NCBI GenBank assembly: GCA_964035545.1
Contig: CAXIUT010000103.1
Span: 186,001 to 250,000, forward strand
DNA length: 64,000 bases
Direction of reading: 5' to 3'
Source: Bugula neritina
Taxonomy: Eukaryota > Animalia > Bryozoa
Both the position numbers and the translations under genes were made by a program. Of this stretch, positions 52,401-64,000 are shown one piece after another. The notes beneath the pieces are model-generated. The model saw only the letters and a program-made list of their open reading frames with translations. It had not been told where the DNA came from and made no database searches. Within the stretch, counting starts at the first letter, position 1; each line of letters starts with the position of its first letter.

Positions 52401-55400
52401 TCCCCTCTAACAACCAGCAATCCTGACTTATGTGAATTTTGTTATTGTTCTAGAGTTGGCCCATGGGCCTACAGTATACGATTTGAAGCTTTATAGTTTA
52501 CAGGCAGTGGAGATGAGTCACTGCTGAAACCCATTTTATTAGTAGACTATATTGCTCTTCAATCATCAGTTTTCATATTAAAAGAGAAAGCTCATCTGCA
52601 GCGCCATTTCACAGTGTTATATTTTGCTAGAGCAATAACTAATTTTAGATGCCTTTGCAAACATATGAGAAATAACTGAGTCATTCTATGAAAAGAGGTG
52701 TTTGCAGCACTTGTCGACTTTTGATTTACACGCGGCATGGAAACTTTTGTAGTTTTAAATAATATCTCCAAACTCATCACTTGCATGTGTTTAGATACTT
52801 GATGAAAATTTTTATGCATAACTTGATGCCTGCTTCAAAGACACCAGTGCTTAGTTACTGTGTTAAATGTATTGGCACGTTGCCATGAGATATTTGGTAA
52901 TATTTCGCATCACAACAAACTCTTCAGAAAGTTAAGAAAGTCAGTCTAGAAAGTTAATAAAATAAACCTACCAGAGAGAGTAAGCCAGATGTAACAAGTA
53001 GATCCAAAACAAGTTGATTAACAATTGAAGTTGAAATCTCCATGTAGTCAACACTTTAGTCCTAATGTCAAATGCAAACGTCTGCAACCAAACTGTGTAG
53101 ACTTCATGAGCTGGTTAGCTGACAGGACTCATTAAAGTTCTTGACTCTTGTGTGTATAGTGATGCCCATCTTGAACCAGAGAAGGCTGACTGAAGACTGC
53201 TACTTTGTGAAAATTGACAATGCATATTATTATTATTCATTGTTGAGATTCACGACTGCCATACACAATGATAAAATATTCATTGTTGGTACTACTGAGT
53301 AGAATAAAATATAATATAATATTATTTTCTGGACAGATAAATAATATCAAATGCATATTATAACTTACCATAAATCTACAGTGCTTCACATCTTCACCTT
53401 TTTCTGCAATGTTATTTCTTTGCAGTTAGAAGTACTAGCTGAATATATGACTATGAAACATAACCCTTCAATTTCATTGCACCAGCACCAGTTGCAAGAT
53501 AGGTGTGTTGGGAGTTATCTTTCCCAAAATTTTGTTCTTGGTGTTTATACGAAGCAGACACAGGCTAATATTAGTTTTGTTATTTGCAAGAGTTTTTCTG
53601 TCTGATTGTCCATCAGCAAAAGTTTGCGCCTTGCAGTTATTATGGAAATACCAGTGATGCTCGAAGACCTTTGCATTGTACATCCGCTTTTACTATTGAA
53701 TTTAGATGTTTTATTTTCCCATCCCCTCTCCTGCCCCCCTGTCCCCTCTAACAACCAGCAATCCTGACTTATGTGAATTTTGTTATTGTTCTAGAGTTGG
53801 CCCATTGGCCTACAGTATACGATTTGAAGTTTTATAGTTTACAGGCAGTGGAGATGAGTCACTGCTGAAACCCATTTTATTAGTAGACTATATTGCTCTT
53901 CAATCATCAGTTTTCATATTAAAAGAGAAAGCTCATCTGCAGCGCCATTTCACAGTGTTATATTTTGCTAGAGCAATAACTAATTTTAGATGCCTTTGCA
54001 AACATATGAGAAATAACTGAGTCATTCTATGAAAAGAGGTGTTTGCAGCACTTGTCCACTTTTGATTTACACGCGGCATGGAAACTTTTGTAGTTTTAAA
54101 TAGTATCTCCAAACTCATCACTTGCATGCGTTCAGATATTTGATGAAAATTTTTATGCATAACTTGATGCCTGCTTCAAAGACACCAGTGCTTAGTTACT
54201 GTGTTAAATGTATTGGCACGTTGCCATGAGATATTTGGTAATATTCCGCGTCACAACAAACTCTTCAGATAGTTAAGAAAATCAGTCTAGAAAGTTAATG
54301 AAATAAACCTACCAGAGAGAGTAAGCCAGATGTAACAAGTAGATCCAAAACAAGTTGATTAACAATTGAAGTTGAAATCTCCATGTAGTGAACACTTTAG
54401 TCCTAATGTCAAATGCAAACGTCTGCAACCAAACTGTGTAGACTTCATGAGCTGGTTAGCTGACAGGACTCATTAAAGTTCTTGACTCTTGTGTGTATAG
54501 TGATGCCCATCTTGAACCAGAGAGGGCTGACTGAAGACTGCTACTTTGTGAAAATTGACAATGCATATTATTATTATTCATTGTTGAGATTCACGACTGC
54601 CATACACAATGATAAAATATTCATTGTTGGTACTGCTGAGTAGAATAAAATATAATATAATATTATTTTCTGGACAGATAAATAATATCAAATGCATATT
54701 ATAACTTACCATAAATCTACAGTGCTTCACATCTTCACCTTTTTCTGCAATGTTATTTCTTTGCAGTTAGAAGTACTAGCTGAATATATGACTATGAAAC
54801 ATAACCCTTCAATTTCATTGCACCAGCACCAGTTGCAAGATAGGTGTGTTGGGAGTTATCTTTCCCAAAATTTTGTTCTTGGTGTTTATACGAAGCAGAC
54901 ACAGGCTAATATTAGTTTTGTAATTTGCAAGAGTTTTTCTGTCTGATTGTCCATCAGCAAAAGTTTTCGCCTTGCAGTTATTATGGAAATACCAGTGATG
55001 CTCGAAGACCTGTGCATTGTACACCTGCCTTTACTATTGAATTTAGATGTTTTATTTTCCCATATCCCCTCTCCTGCCCCCTGCCCCCTCTAACAACCAG
55101 CAATCCTGACTCATGTGAATTGTGTTATTGTTCTAGAGTTGGCCCATGGGCCTACAGTATACGATTTGAAGCTTTATAGTTTACAGGCAGTGGAGATGAG
55201 TCACTGCTGAAACCCATTTTATTAGTAGACTATATTGCTCTTCAATCATCAGTTTTCATATTAAAAGAGAAAGCTCATCTGCAGCGCCATTTCACAGTGT
55301 TATATTTTGCTAGAGCAATAACTAATTTTAGATGCCTTTGCAAACATATGAGAAATAACTGAGTCATTCTATGAAAAGAGGTGTTTGCAGCACTTGTCGA

Positions 55401-58400
55401 CTTTTGATTTACACGCGGCATGGAAACTTTTGTAGTTTTAAATAATATCTCCAAACTCATCACTTGCATGTGTTTAGATACTTGATGAAAATTTTTATGC
55501 ATAACTTGATGCCTGCTTCAAAGACACCAGTGCTTAGTTACTGTGTTAAATGTATTGGCACGTTGCCATGAGATATTTGGTAATATTTCGCATCACAACA
55601 AACTCTTCAGAAAGTTAAGAAAGTCAGTCTAGAAAGTTAATGAAATAAACCTACCAGAGAGAGTAAGCCAGATGTAACAAGTAGATCCAAAACAAGTTGA
55701 TTAACAATTGAAGTTGAAATCTCCATGTAGTCAACACTTTAGTCCTAATGTCAAATGCAAACGTCTGCAACCAAACTGTGTAGACTTCATGAGCTGGTTA
55801 GCTGACAGGACTCATTAAAGTTCTTGACTCTTGTGTGTATAGTGATGCCCATCTTGAACCAGAGAAGGCTGACTGGAGACTGCTACTTTGTGAAAATTGA
55901 CAATGCATATTATTATTATTCATTGTTGAGATTCACGACTGCCATACACAATGATAAAATATTCATTGTTGGTACTACTGAGTAGAATAAAATATAATAT
56001 AATATTATTTTCTGGACAGATAAATAATATCAAATGCATATTATAACTTACCATAAATCTACAGTGCTTCACATCTTCACCTTTTTCTGCAATGTTATTT
56101 CTTTGCAGTTAGAAGTACTAGCTGAATATATGACTATGAAACATAACCCTTCAATTTCATTGCACCAGCACCAGTTGCAAGATAGGTGTGTTGGGAGTTA
56201 TCTTTCCCAAAATTTTGTTCTTGGTGTTTATACGAAGCAGACACAGGCTAATATTAGTTTTGTTATTTGCAAGAGTTTTTCTGTCTGATTGTCCATCAGC
56301 AAAAGTTTGCGCCTTGCAGTTATTATGGAAATACCAGTGATGCTCGAAGACCTTTGCATTGTACATCCGCTTTTACTATTGAATTTAGATGTTTTATTTT
56401 CCCATCCCCTCTCCTGCCCCCCTGTCCCCTCTAACAACCAGCAATCCTGACTTATGTGAATTTTGTTATTGTTCTAGAGTTGGCCCATGGGCCTACAGTA
56501 TACGATTTGAAGCTTTATAGTTTACAGGCAGTGGAGATGAGTCACTGCTGAAACCCATTTTATTAGTAGACTATATTGCTCTTCAATCATCAGTTTTCAT
56601 ATTAAAAGAGAAAGCTCATCTGCAGCGCCATTTCACAGTGTTATATTTTGCTAGAGCAATAACTAATTTTAGATGCCTTTGCAAACATATGAGAAATAAC
56701 TGAGTCATTCTATGAAAAGAGGTGTTTGCAGCACTTGTCGACTTTTGATTTACACGCGGCATGGAAACTTTTGTAGTTTTAAATAATATCTCCAAACTCA
56801 TCACTTGCATGTGTTTAGATACTTGATGAAAATTTTTATGCATAACTTGATGCCTGCTTCAAAGACACCAGTGCTTAGTTACTGTGTTAAATGTATTGGC
56901 ACGTTGCCATGAGATATTTGGTAATATTTCGCATCACAACAAACTCTTCAGAAAGTTAAGAAAATCAGTCTAGAAAGTTAATGAAATAAACCTACCAGAG
57001 AGAGTAAGCCAGATGTAACAAGTAGATCCAAAACAAGTTGATTAACAATTGAAGTTGAAATCTCCATGTAGTCAACACTTTAGTCCTAATGTCAAATGCA
57101 AACGTCTGCAACCAAACTGTGTAGACTTCATGAGCTGGTTAGCTGACAGGACTCATTAAAGTTCTTGACTCTTGTGTGTATAGTGATGCCCATCTTGAAC
57201 CAGAGAAGGCTGACTGAAGACTGCTACTTTGTGAAAATTGACAATGCATATTATTATTATTCATTGTTGAGATTCACGACTGCCATACACAATGATAAAA
57301 TATTCATTGTTGGTACTACTGAGTAGAATAAAATATAATATAATATTATTTTCTGGACAGATAAATAATATCAAATGCATATTATAACTTACCATAAATC
57401 TACAGTGCTTCACATCTTCACCTTTTTCTGCAATGTTATTTCTTTGCAGTTAGAAGTACTAGCTGAATATATGACTATGAAACATAACCCTTCAATTTCA
57501 TTGCACCAGCACCAGTTGCAAGATAGGTGTGTTGGGAGTTATCTTTCCCAAAATTTTGTTCTTGGTGTTTATACGAAGCAGACACAGGCTAATATTAGTT
57601 TTGTTATTTGCAAGAGTTTTTCTGTCTGATTGTCCATCAGCAAAAGTTTGCGCCTTGCAGTTATTATGGAAATACCAGTGATGCTCGAAGACCTTTGCAT
57701 TGTACATCCGCTTTTACTATTGAATTTAGATGTTTTATTTTCCCATCCCCTCTCCTGCCCCCCTGTCCCCTCTAACAACCAGCAATCCTGACTTATGTGA
57801 ATTTTGTTATTGTTCTAGAGTTGGCCCATGGGCCTACAGTATACGATTTGAAGCTTTATAGTTTACAGGCAGTGGAGATGAGTCACTGCTGAAACCCATT
57901 TTATTAGTAGGCTATATTGCTCTTCAATCATCAGTTTTCATATTAAAAGAGAAAGCTCATCTGCAGCGCCATTTCACAGTGTTATATTTTGCTAGAGCAA
58001 TAACTAATTTTAGATGCCTTTGCAAACATATGAGAAATAACTGAGTCATTCTATGAAAAGAGGTGTTTGCAGCACTTGTCCACTTTTGATTTACACGCGG
58101 CATGGAAACTTTTGTAGTTTTAAATAGTATCTCCAAACTCATCACTTGCATGCGTTCAGATATTTGATGAAAATTTTTATGCATAACTTGATGCCTGCTT
58201 CAAAGACACCAGCGCTTAGTTACTGTGTTAAATGTATTGGCACGTTGCCATGAGATATTTGGTAATATTCCGCATCACAACAAACTCTTCAGATAGTTAA
58301 GAAAATCAGTCTAGAAAGTTAATGAAATAAACCTACCAGAGAGAGTAAGCCAGATGTAACAAGTAGATCCAAAACAAGTTGATTAACAATTGAAGTTGAA

Positions 58401-61400
58401 ATCTCCATGTAGTGAACACTTTAGTCCTAATGTCAAATGCAAACGTCTGCAACCAAACTGTGTAGACTTCATGAGCTGGTTAGCTGACAGGACTCATTAA
58501 AGTTCTTGACTCTTGTGTGTATAGTGATGCCCATCTTGAACCAGAGAGGGCTGACTGAAGACTGCTACTTTGTGAAAATTGACAATGCATATTATTATTA
58601 TTCATTGTTGAGATTCACGACTGCCATACACAATGATAAAATATTCATTGTTGGTACTACTGAGTAGAATAAAATATAATATAATATTATTTTCTGGACA
58701 GATAAACAATATCAAATGCATATTATAACTTACCATAAATCTACAGTGCTTCACATCTTCACCTTTTTCTGCAATGTTATTTCTTTGCAGTTAGAAGTAC
58801 TAGCTGAATATATGACTATGAAACATAACCCTTCAATTTCATTGCACCAGCACCAGTTGCAAGATAGGTGTGTTGGGAGTTATCTTTCCCAAAATTTTGT
58901 TCTTGGTGTTTATACGAAGCAGACACAGGCTAATATTAGTTTTGTTATTTGCAAGAGTTTTTCTGTCTGATTGTCCATCAGCAAAAGTTTGCGCCTTGCA
59001 GTTATTATGGAAATACCAGTGATGCTCGAAGACCTTTGCATTGTACATCCGCTTTTACTATTGAATTTAGATGTTTTATTTTCCCATCCCCTCTCCTGCC
59101 CCCCTGTCCCCTCTAACAACCAGCAATCCTGACTTATGTGAATTTTGTTATTGTTCTAGAGTTGGCCCATGGGCCTACAGTATACGATTTGAAGCTTTAT
59201 AGTTTACAGGCAGTGGAGATGAGTCACTGCTGAAACCCATTTTATTAGTAGACTATATTGCTCTTCAATCATCAGTTTTCATATTAAAAGAGAAAGCTCA
59301 TCTGCAGCGCCATTTCACAGTGTTATATTTTGCTAGAGCAATAACTAATTTTAGATGCCTTTGCAAACATATGAGAAATAACTGAGTCATTCTATGAAAA
59401 GAGGTGTTTGCAGCACTTGTCGACTTTTGATTTACACGCGGCATGGAAACTTTTGTAGTTTTAAATAATATCTCCAAACTCATCACTTGCATGTGTTTAG
59501 ATACTTGATGAAAATTTTTATGCATAACTTGATGCCTGCTTCAAAGACACCAGTGCTTAGTTACTGTGTTAAATGTATTGGCACGTTGCCATGAGATATT
59601 TGGTAATATTTCGCATCACAACAAACTCTTCAGAAAGTTAAGAAAATCAGTCTAGAAAGTTAATGAAATAAACCTACCAGAGAGAGTAAGCCAGATGTAA
59701 CAAGTAGATCCAAAACAAGTTGATTAACAATTGAAGTTGAAATCTCCATGTAGTCAACACTTTAGTCCTAATGTCAAATGCAAACGTCTGCAACCAAACT
59801 GTGTAGACTTCATGAGCTGGTTAGCTGACAGGACTCATTAAAGTTCTTGACTCTTGTGTGTATAGTGATGCCCATCTTGAACCAGAGAAGGCTGACTGAA
59901 GACTGCTACTTTGTGAAAATTGACAATGCATATTATTATTATTCATTGTTGAGATTCACGACTGCCATACACAATGATAAAATATTCATTGTTGGTACTA
60001 CTGAGTAGAATAAAATATAATATAATATTATTTTCTGGACAGATAAATAATATCAAATGCATATTATAACTTACCATAAATCTACAGTGCTTCACATCTT
60101 CACCTTTTTCTGCAATGTTATTTCTTTGCAGTTAGAAGTACTAGCTGAATATATGACTATGAAACATAACCCTTCAATTTCATTGCACCAGCACCAGTTG
60201 CAAGATAGGTGTGTTGGGAGTTATCTTTCCCAAAATTTTGTTCTTGGTGTTTATACGAAGCAGACACAGGCTAATATTAGTTTTGTTATTTGCAAGAGTT
60301 TTTCTGTCTGATTGTCCATCAGCAAAAGTTTGCGCCTTGCAGTTATTATGGAAATACCAGTGATGCTCGAAGACCTTTGCATTGTACATCCGCTTTTACT
60401 ATTGAATTTAGATGTTTTATTTTCCCATCCCCTCTCCTGCCCCCCTGTCCCCTCTAACAACCAGCAATCCTGACTTATGTGAATTTTGTTATTGTTCTAG
60501 AGTTGGCCCATGGGCCTACAGTATACGATTTGAAGCTTTATAGTTTACAGGCAGTGGAGATGAGTCACTGCTGAAACCCATTTTATTAGTAGACTATATT
60601 GCTCTTCAATCATCAGTTTTCATATTAAAAGAGAAAGCTCATCTGCAGCGCCATTTCACAGTGTTATATTTTGCTAGAGCAATAACTAATTTTAGATGCC
60701 TTTGCAAACATATGAGAAATAACTGCGTCATTCTATGAAAAGAGGTGTTTGCAGCACTTGTCGACTTTTGATTTACACGCGGCATGGAAACTTTTGTAGT
60801 TTTAAATAATATCTCCAAACTCATCACTTGCATGTGTTTAGATACTTGATGAAAATTTTTATGCATAACTTGATGCCTGCTTCAAAGACACCAGTGCTTA
60901 GTTACTGTGTTAAATGTATTGGCACGTTGCCATGAGATATTTGGTAATATTTCGCATCACAACAAACTCTTCAGAAAGTTAAGAAAATCAGTCTAGAAAG
61001 TTAATGAAATAAACCTACCAGAGAGAGTAAGCCAGATGTAACAAGTAGATCCAAAACAAGTTGATTAACAATTGAAGTTGAAATCTCCATGTAGTCAACA
61101 CTTTAGTCCTAATGTCAAATGCAAACGTCTGCAACCAAACTGTGTAGACTTCATGAGCTGGTTAGCTGACAGGACTCATTAAAGTTCTTGACTCTTGTGT
61201 GTATAGTGATGCCCATCTTGAACCAGAGAAGGCTGACTGAAGACTGCTACTTTGTGAAAATTGACAATGCATATTATTATTATTCATTGTTGAGATTCAC
61301 GACTGCCATACACAATGATAAAATATTCATTGTTGGTACTACTGAGTAGAATAAAATATAATATAATATTATTTTCTGGACAGATAAATAATATCAAATG

Positions 61401-64000
61401 CATATTATAACTTACCATAAATCTACAGTGCTTCACATCTTCACCTTTTTCTGCAATGTTATTTCTTTGCAGTTAGAAGTACTAGCTGAATATACGACTA
61501 TGAAACAAAACCCTTCAATTTCATTGCACCAGCACCAGTTGCAAGATAGGTGTGTTGGGAGTTATCTTTCCCAAAATTTTGTTCTTGGTGTTTATACGAA
61601 GCAGACACAGGCTAATATTAGTTTTGTAATTTGCAAGAGTTTTTCTGTCTGATTGTCCATCAGCAAAAGTTTTCGCCTTGCAGTTATTATGGAAATACCA
61701 GTGATGCTGGAAGACCTTTGCATTGTACACCCGCTTTTACTATTGAATTTAGATGTTTCATTTTCCCATCCCATCTCCTGCCCCCCCCCTGTCCCCTCTA
61801 ACAACCAGCAATCCTGACTCATGTGAATTGTGTTATTGTTCTAGAGTTGGCCCATGGGCCTACAGTATACGATTTGAAGCTTTATAGTTTACAGGCAGTG
61901 GAGATGAGTCACTGCTGAAACCCATTTTATTAGTAGACTATATTGCTCTTCAATCATCAGTTTTCATATTAAAAGAGAAAGCTCATCTGCAGCGCCATTT
62001 CACAGTGTTATATTTTGCTAGAGCAATAACTAATTTTAGATGCCTTTGCAAACATATGAGAAATAACTGAGTCATTCTATGAAAAGAGGTGTTTGCAGCA
62101 CTTGTCCACTTTTGATTTACACGCGGCATGGAAACTTTTGTAGTTTTAAATAGTATCTCCAAACTCATCACTTGCATGCGTTTAGATATTTGATGAAAAT
62201 TTTTATGCATAACTTGATGCCTGCTTCAAAGACACCAGTGCTTAGTTACTGTGTTAAATGTATTGGCACGTTGCCATGAGATATTTGGTAATATTCCGCA
62301 TCACAACAAACTCTTCAGATAGTTAAGAAAATCAGTCTAGAAAGTTAATGAAATAAACCTACCAGAGAGAGTAAGCCAGATGTAACAAGTAGATCCAAAA
62401 CAAGTTGATTAACAATTGAAGTTGAAATCTCCATGTAGTCAACACTTTAGTCCTAATGTCAAATGCAAACGTCTGCAACCAAACTGTGTAGACTTCATGA
62501 GCTGGTTAGCTGACAGGACTCATTAAAGTTCTTGACTCTTGTGTGTATAGTGATGCCCATCTTGAACCAGAGAGGGCTGACTGAAGACTGCTACTTTGTG
62601 AAAATTGACAATGCATATTATTATTATTCATTGTTGAGATTCACGACTGCCATACACAATGATAAAATATTCATTGTTGGTACTACTGAGTAGAATAAAA
62701 TATAATATAATATTGTTTTCTGGACAGATAAATAATATCAAATGCATATTATAACTTACCATAAATCTACAGTGCTTCACATGTTCACCTTTTTCTGCAA
62801 TGTTATTTCTTTGCAGTTAGAAGTACTAGCTGAATATACGACTATGAAACAAAACCCTTCAATTTCATTGCACCAGCACCAGTTGCAAGATAGGTGTGTT
62901 GGGAGTTATCTTTCCCAAAATTTTGTTCTTGGTGTTTATACGAAGCAGACACAGGCTAATATTAGTTTTGTAATTTGCAAGAGTTTTTCTGTCTGATTGT
63001 CCATCAGCAAAAGTTTTCGCCTTGCAGTTATTATGGAAATACCAGTGATGCTCGAAGACCTGTGCATTGTACACCTGCCTTTACTATTGAATTTAGATGT
63101 TTTATTTTCCCATATCCCCTCTCCTGCCCCCTGCCCCCTCTAACAACCAGCAATCCTGACTCATGTGAGTTGTGTTATTGTTCTAGAGTTGGCCCATGGG
63201 CCTACAGTATACGATTTGAAGCTTTATAGTTTACAGGCAGTGGAGATGAGTCACTGCTGAAACCCATTTTATTAGTAGACTATATTGCTCTTCAATCATC
63301 AGTTTTCATATTAAAAGAGAAAGCTCATCTGCAGCGCCATTTCACAGTGTTATATTTTGCTAGAGCAATAACTAATTTTAGATGCCTTTGCAAACATATG
63401 AGAAATAAATGAGTCAGTCTATGAAAAGAGGTGTTTGCAGCAATTGTCCACTTTTGATTTACACGCGGCATGGAAACTTTTGTAGTTTTAAATAATACCT
63501 CCAAACTCATCACTTGCATGTGTTTAGATACCTGATAAATTATTTTATGCAAAACTTGATGCCTGCTTCAAAGACACCAGTGCTTAATTACTGTGTTAAC
63601 TGTATTGGCACGTTGCCATGAGATATTTGGTAATATTTCGCATCACAACAAACTCTTCAGAAAGTTAAGAAAATCAGTATAGAAAGTTAATGAAATAAAC
63701 CTACCAGAGAGAGTAAGCCAGATGTAACAAGTAGATCCAAAACAAGTTGATTAACAATTGAAGTTGAAATCTCCATGTAGTCAACACTTTAGTCCTAATG
63801 TCAAATGCAAACGTCTGCAACCAAACTGTGTAGACTTCATGAGCTGGTTAGCTGACAGGACTCATTAAAGTTCTTGACTCTTGTGTGTATAGTGATGCCC
63901 ATCTTGAACCAGAGAAGGCTGACTGAAGACTGCTACTTTGTGAAAATTGACAATGCATATTATTATTATTCATTGTTGAGATTCACGACTGCCATACACA
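49401..64000. repeat. Sub-array B2 (monomers ~38-48, mostly 1341 bp)
   Basis: B-type background plus GATGCTCGAAG, TACATCCG, CTGACTTATG and TTGTCGAC in most copies. CTTGACTC, AACCAGAG and ATACACAA, sporadic in B1, are general here. Confidence 0.82.

Larger units (their letters stand above)
1..64000. repeat. Tandem macrosatellite-like array, ~1339-1341 bp monomer, ~47.7 head-to-tail copies
   Basis: The same anchor recurs at 332, 1671, 3010 ... 61983, 63325 (48 occurrences, spacing 1337-1344 bp). All copies are in the same orientation, with no insertion or unique sequence between them. Confidence 0.99.

Overview
The whole 64 kb window is one uninterrupted head-to-tail tandem array (macrosatellite-like) of a 1337-1344 bp monomer, about 47.7 copies, and both window edges lie inside the array. 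By hand count, monomer 1 is about 36% GC and CpG-depleted (about 15 CpG against about 43 expected), which points to a CpG-methylating eukaryotic genome. I recognise no protein-coding gene, rRNA, tRNA, snRNA, CRISPR array or transposase; the ORF track is the same few short, probably chance ORFs repeated once per monomer. The array is layered. Subfamily A (1339 bp; 1 to about 30.95 kb) is followed by one unique divergent junction monomer (about 30.96-32.0 kb), then subfamily B1 (about 32.0-49.4 kb) and B2 (about 49.4-64 kb). Local dimer and trimer duplications and mosaic, conversion-like monomers are visible. Each monomer carries a G-quadruplex-type G-run tract on the minus strand, up to three ATGAGTCA (AP-1-type) sites within about 260 bp, and a minus-strand G|GTAAGT donor motif that stays invariant inside the most divergent block. 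These motifs raise the unproven possibility that the monomer is a regulated non-coding transcription unit rather than inert satellite.
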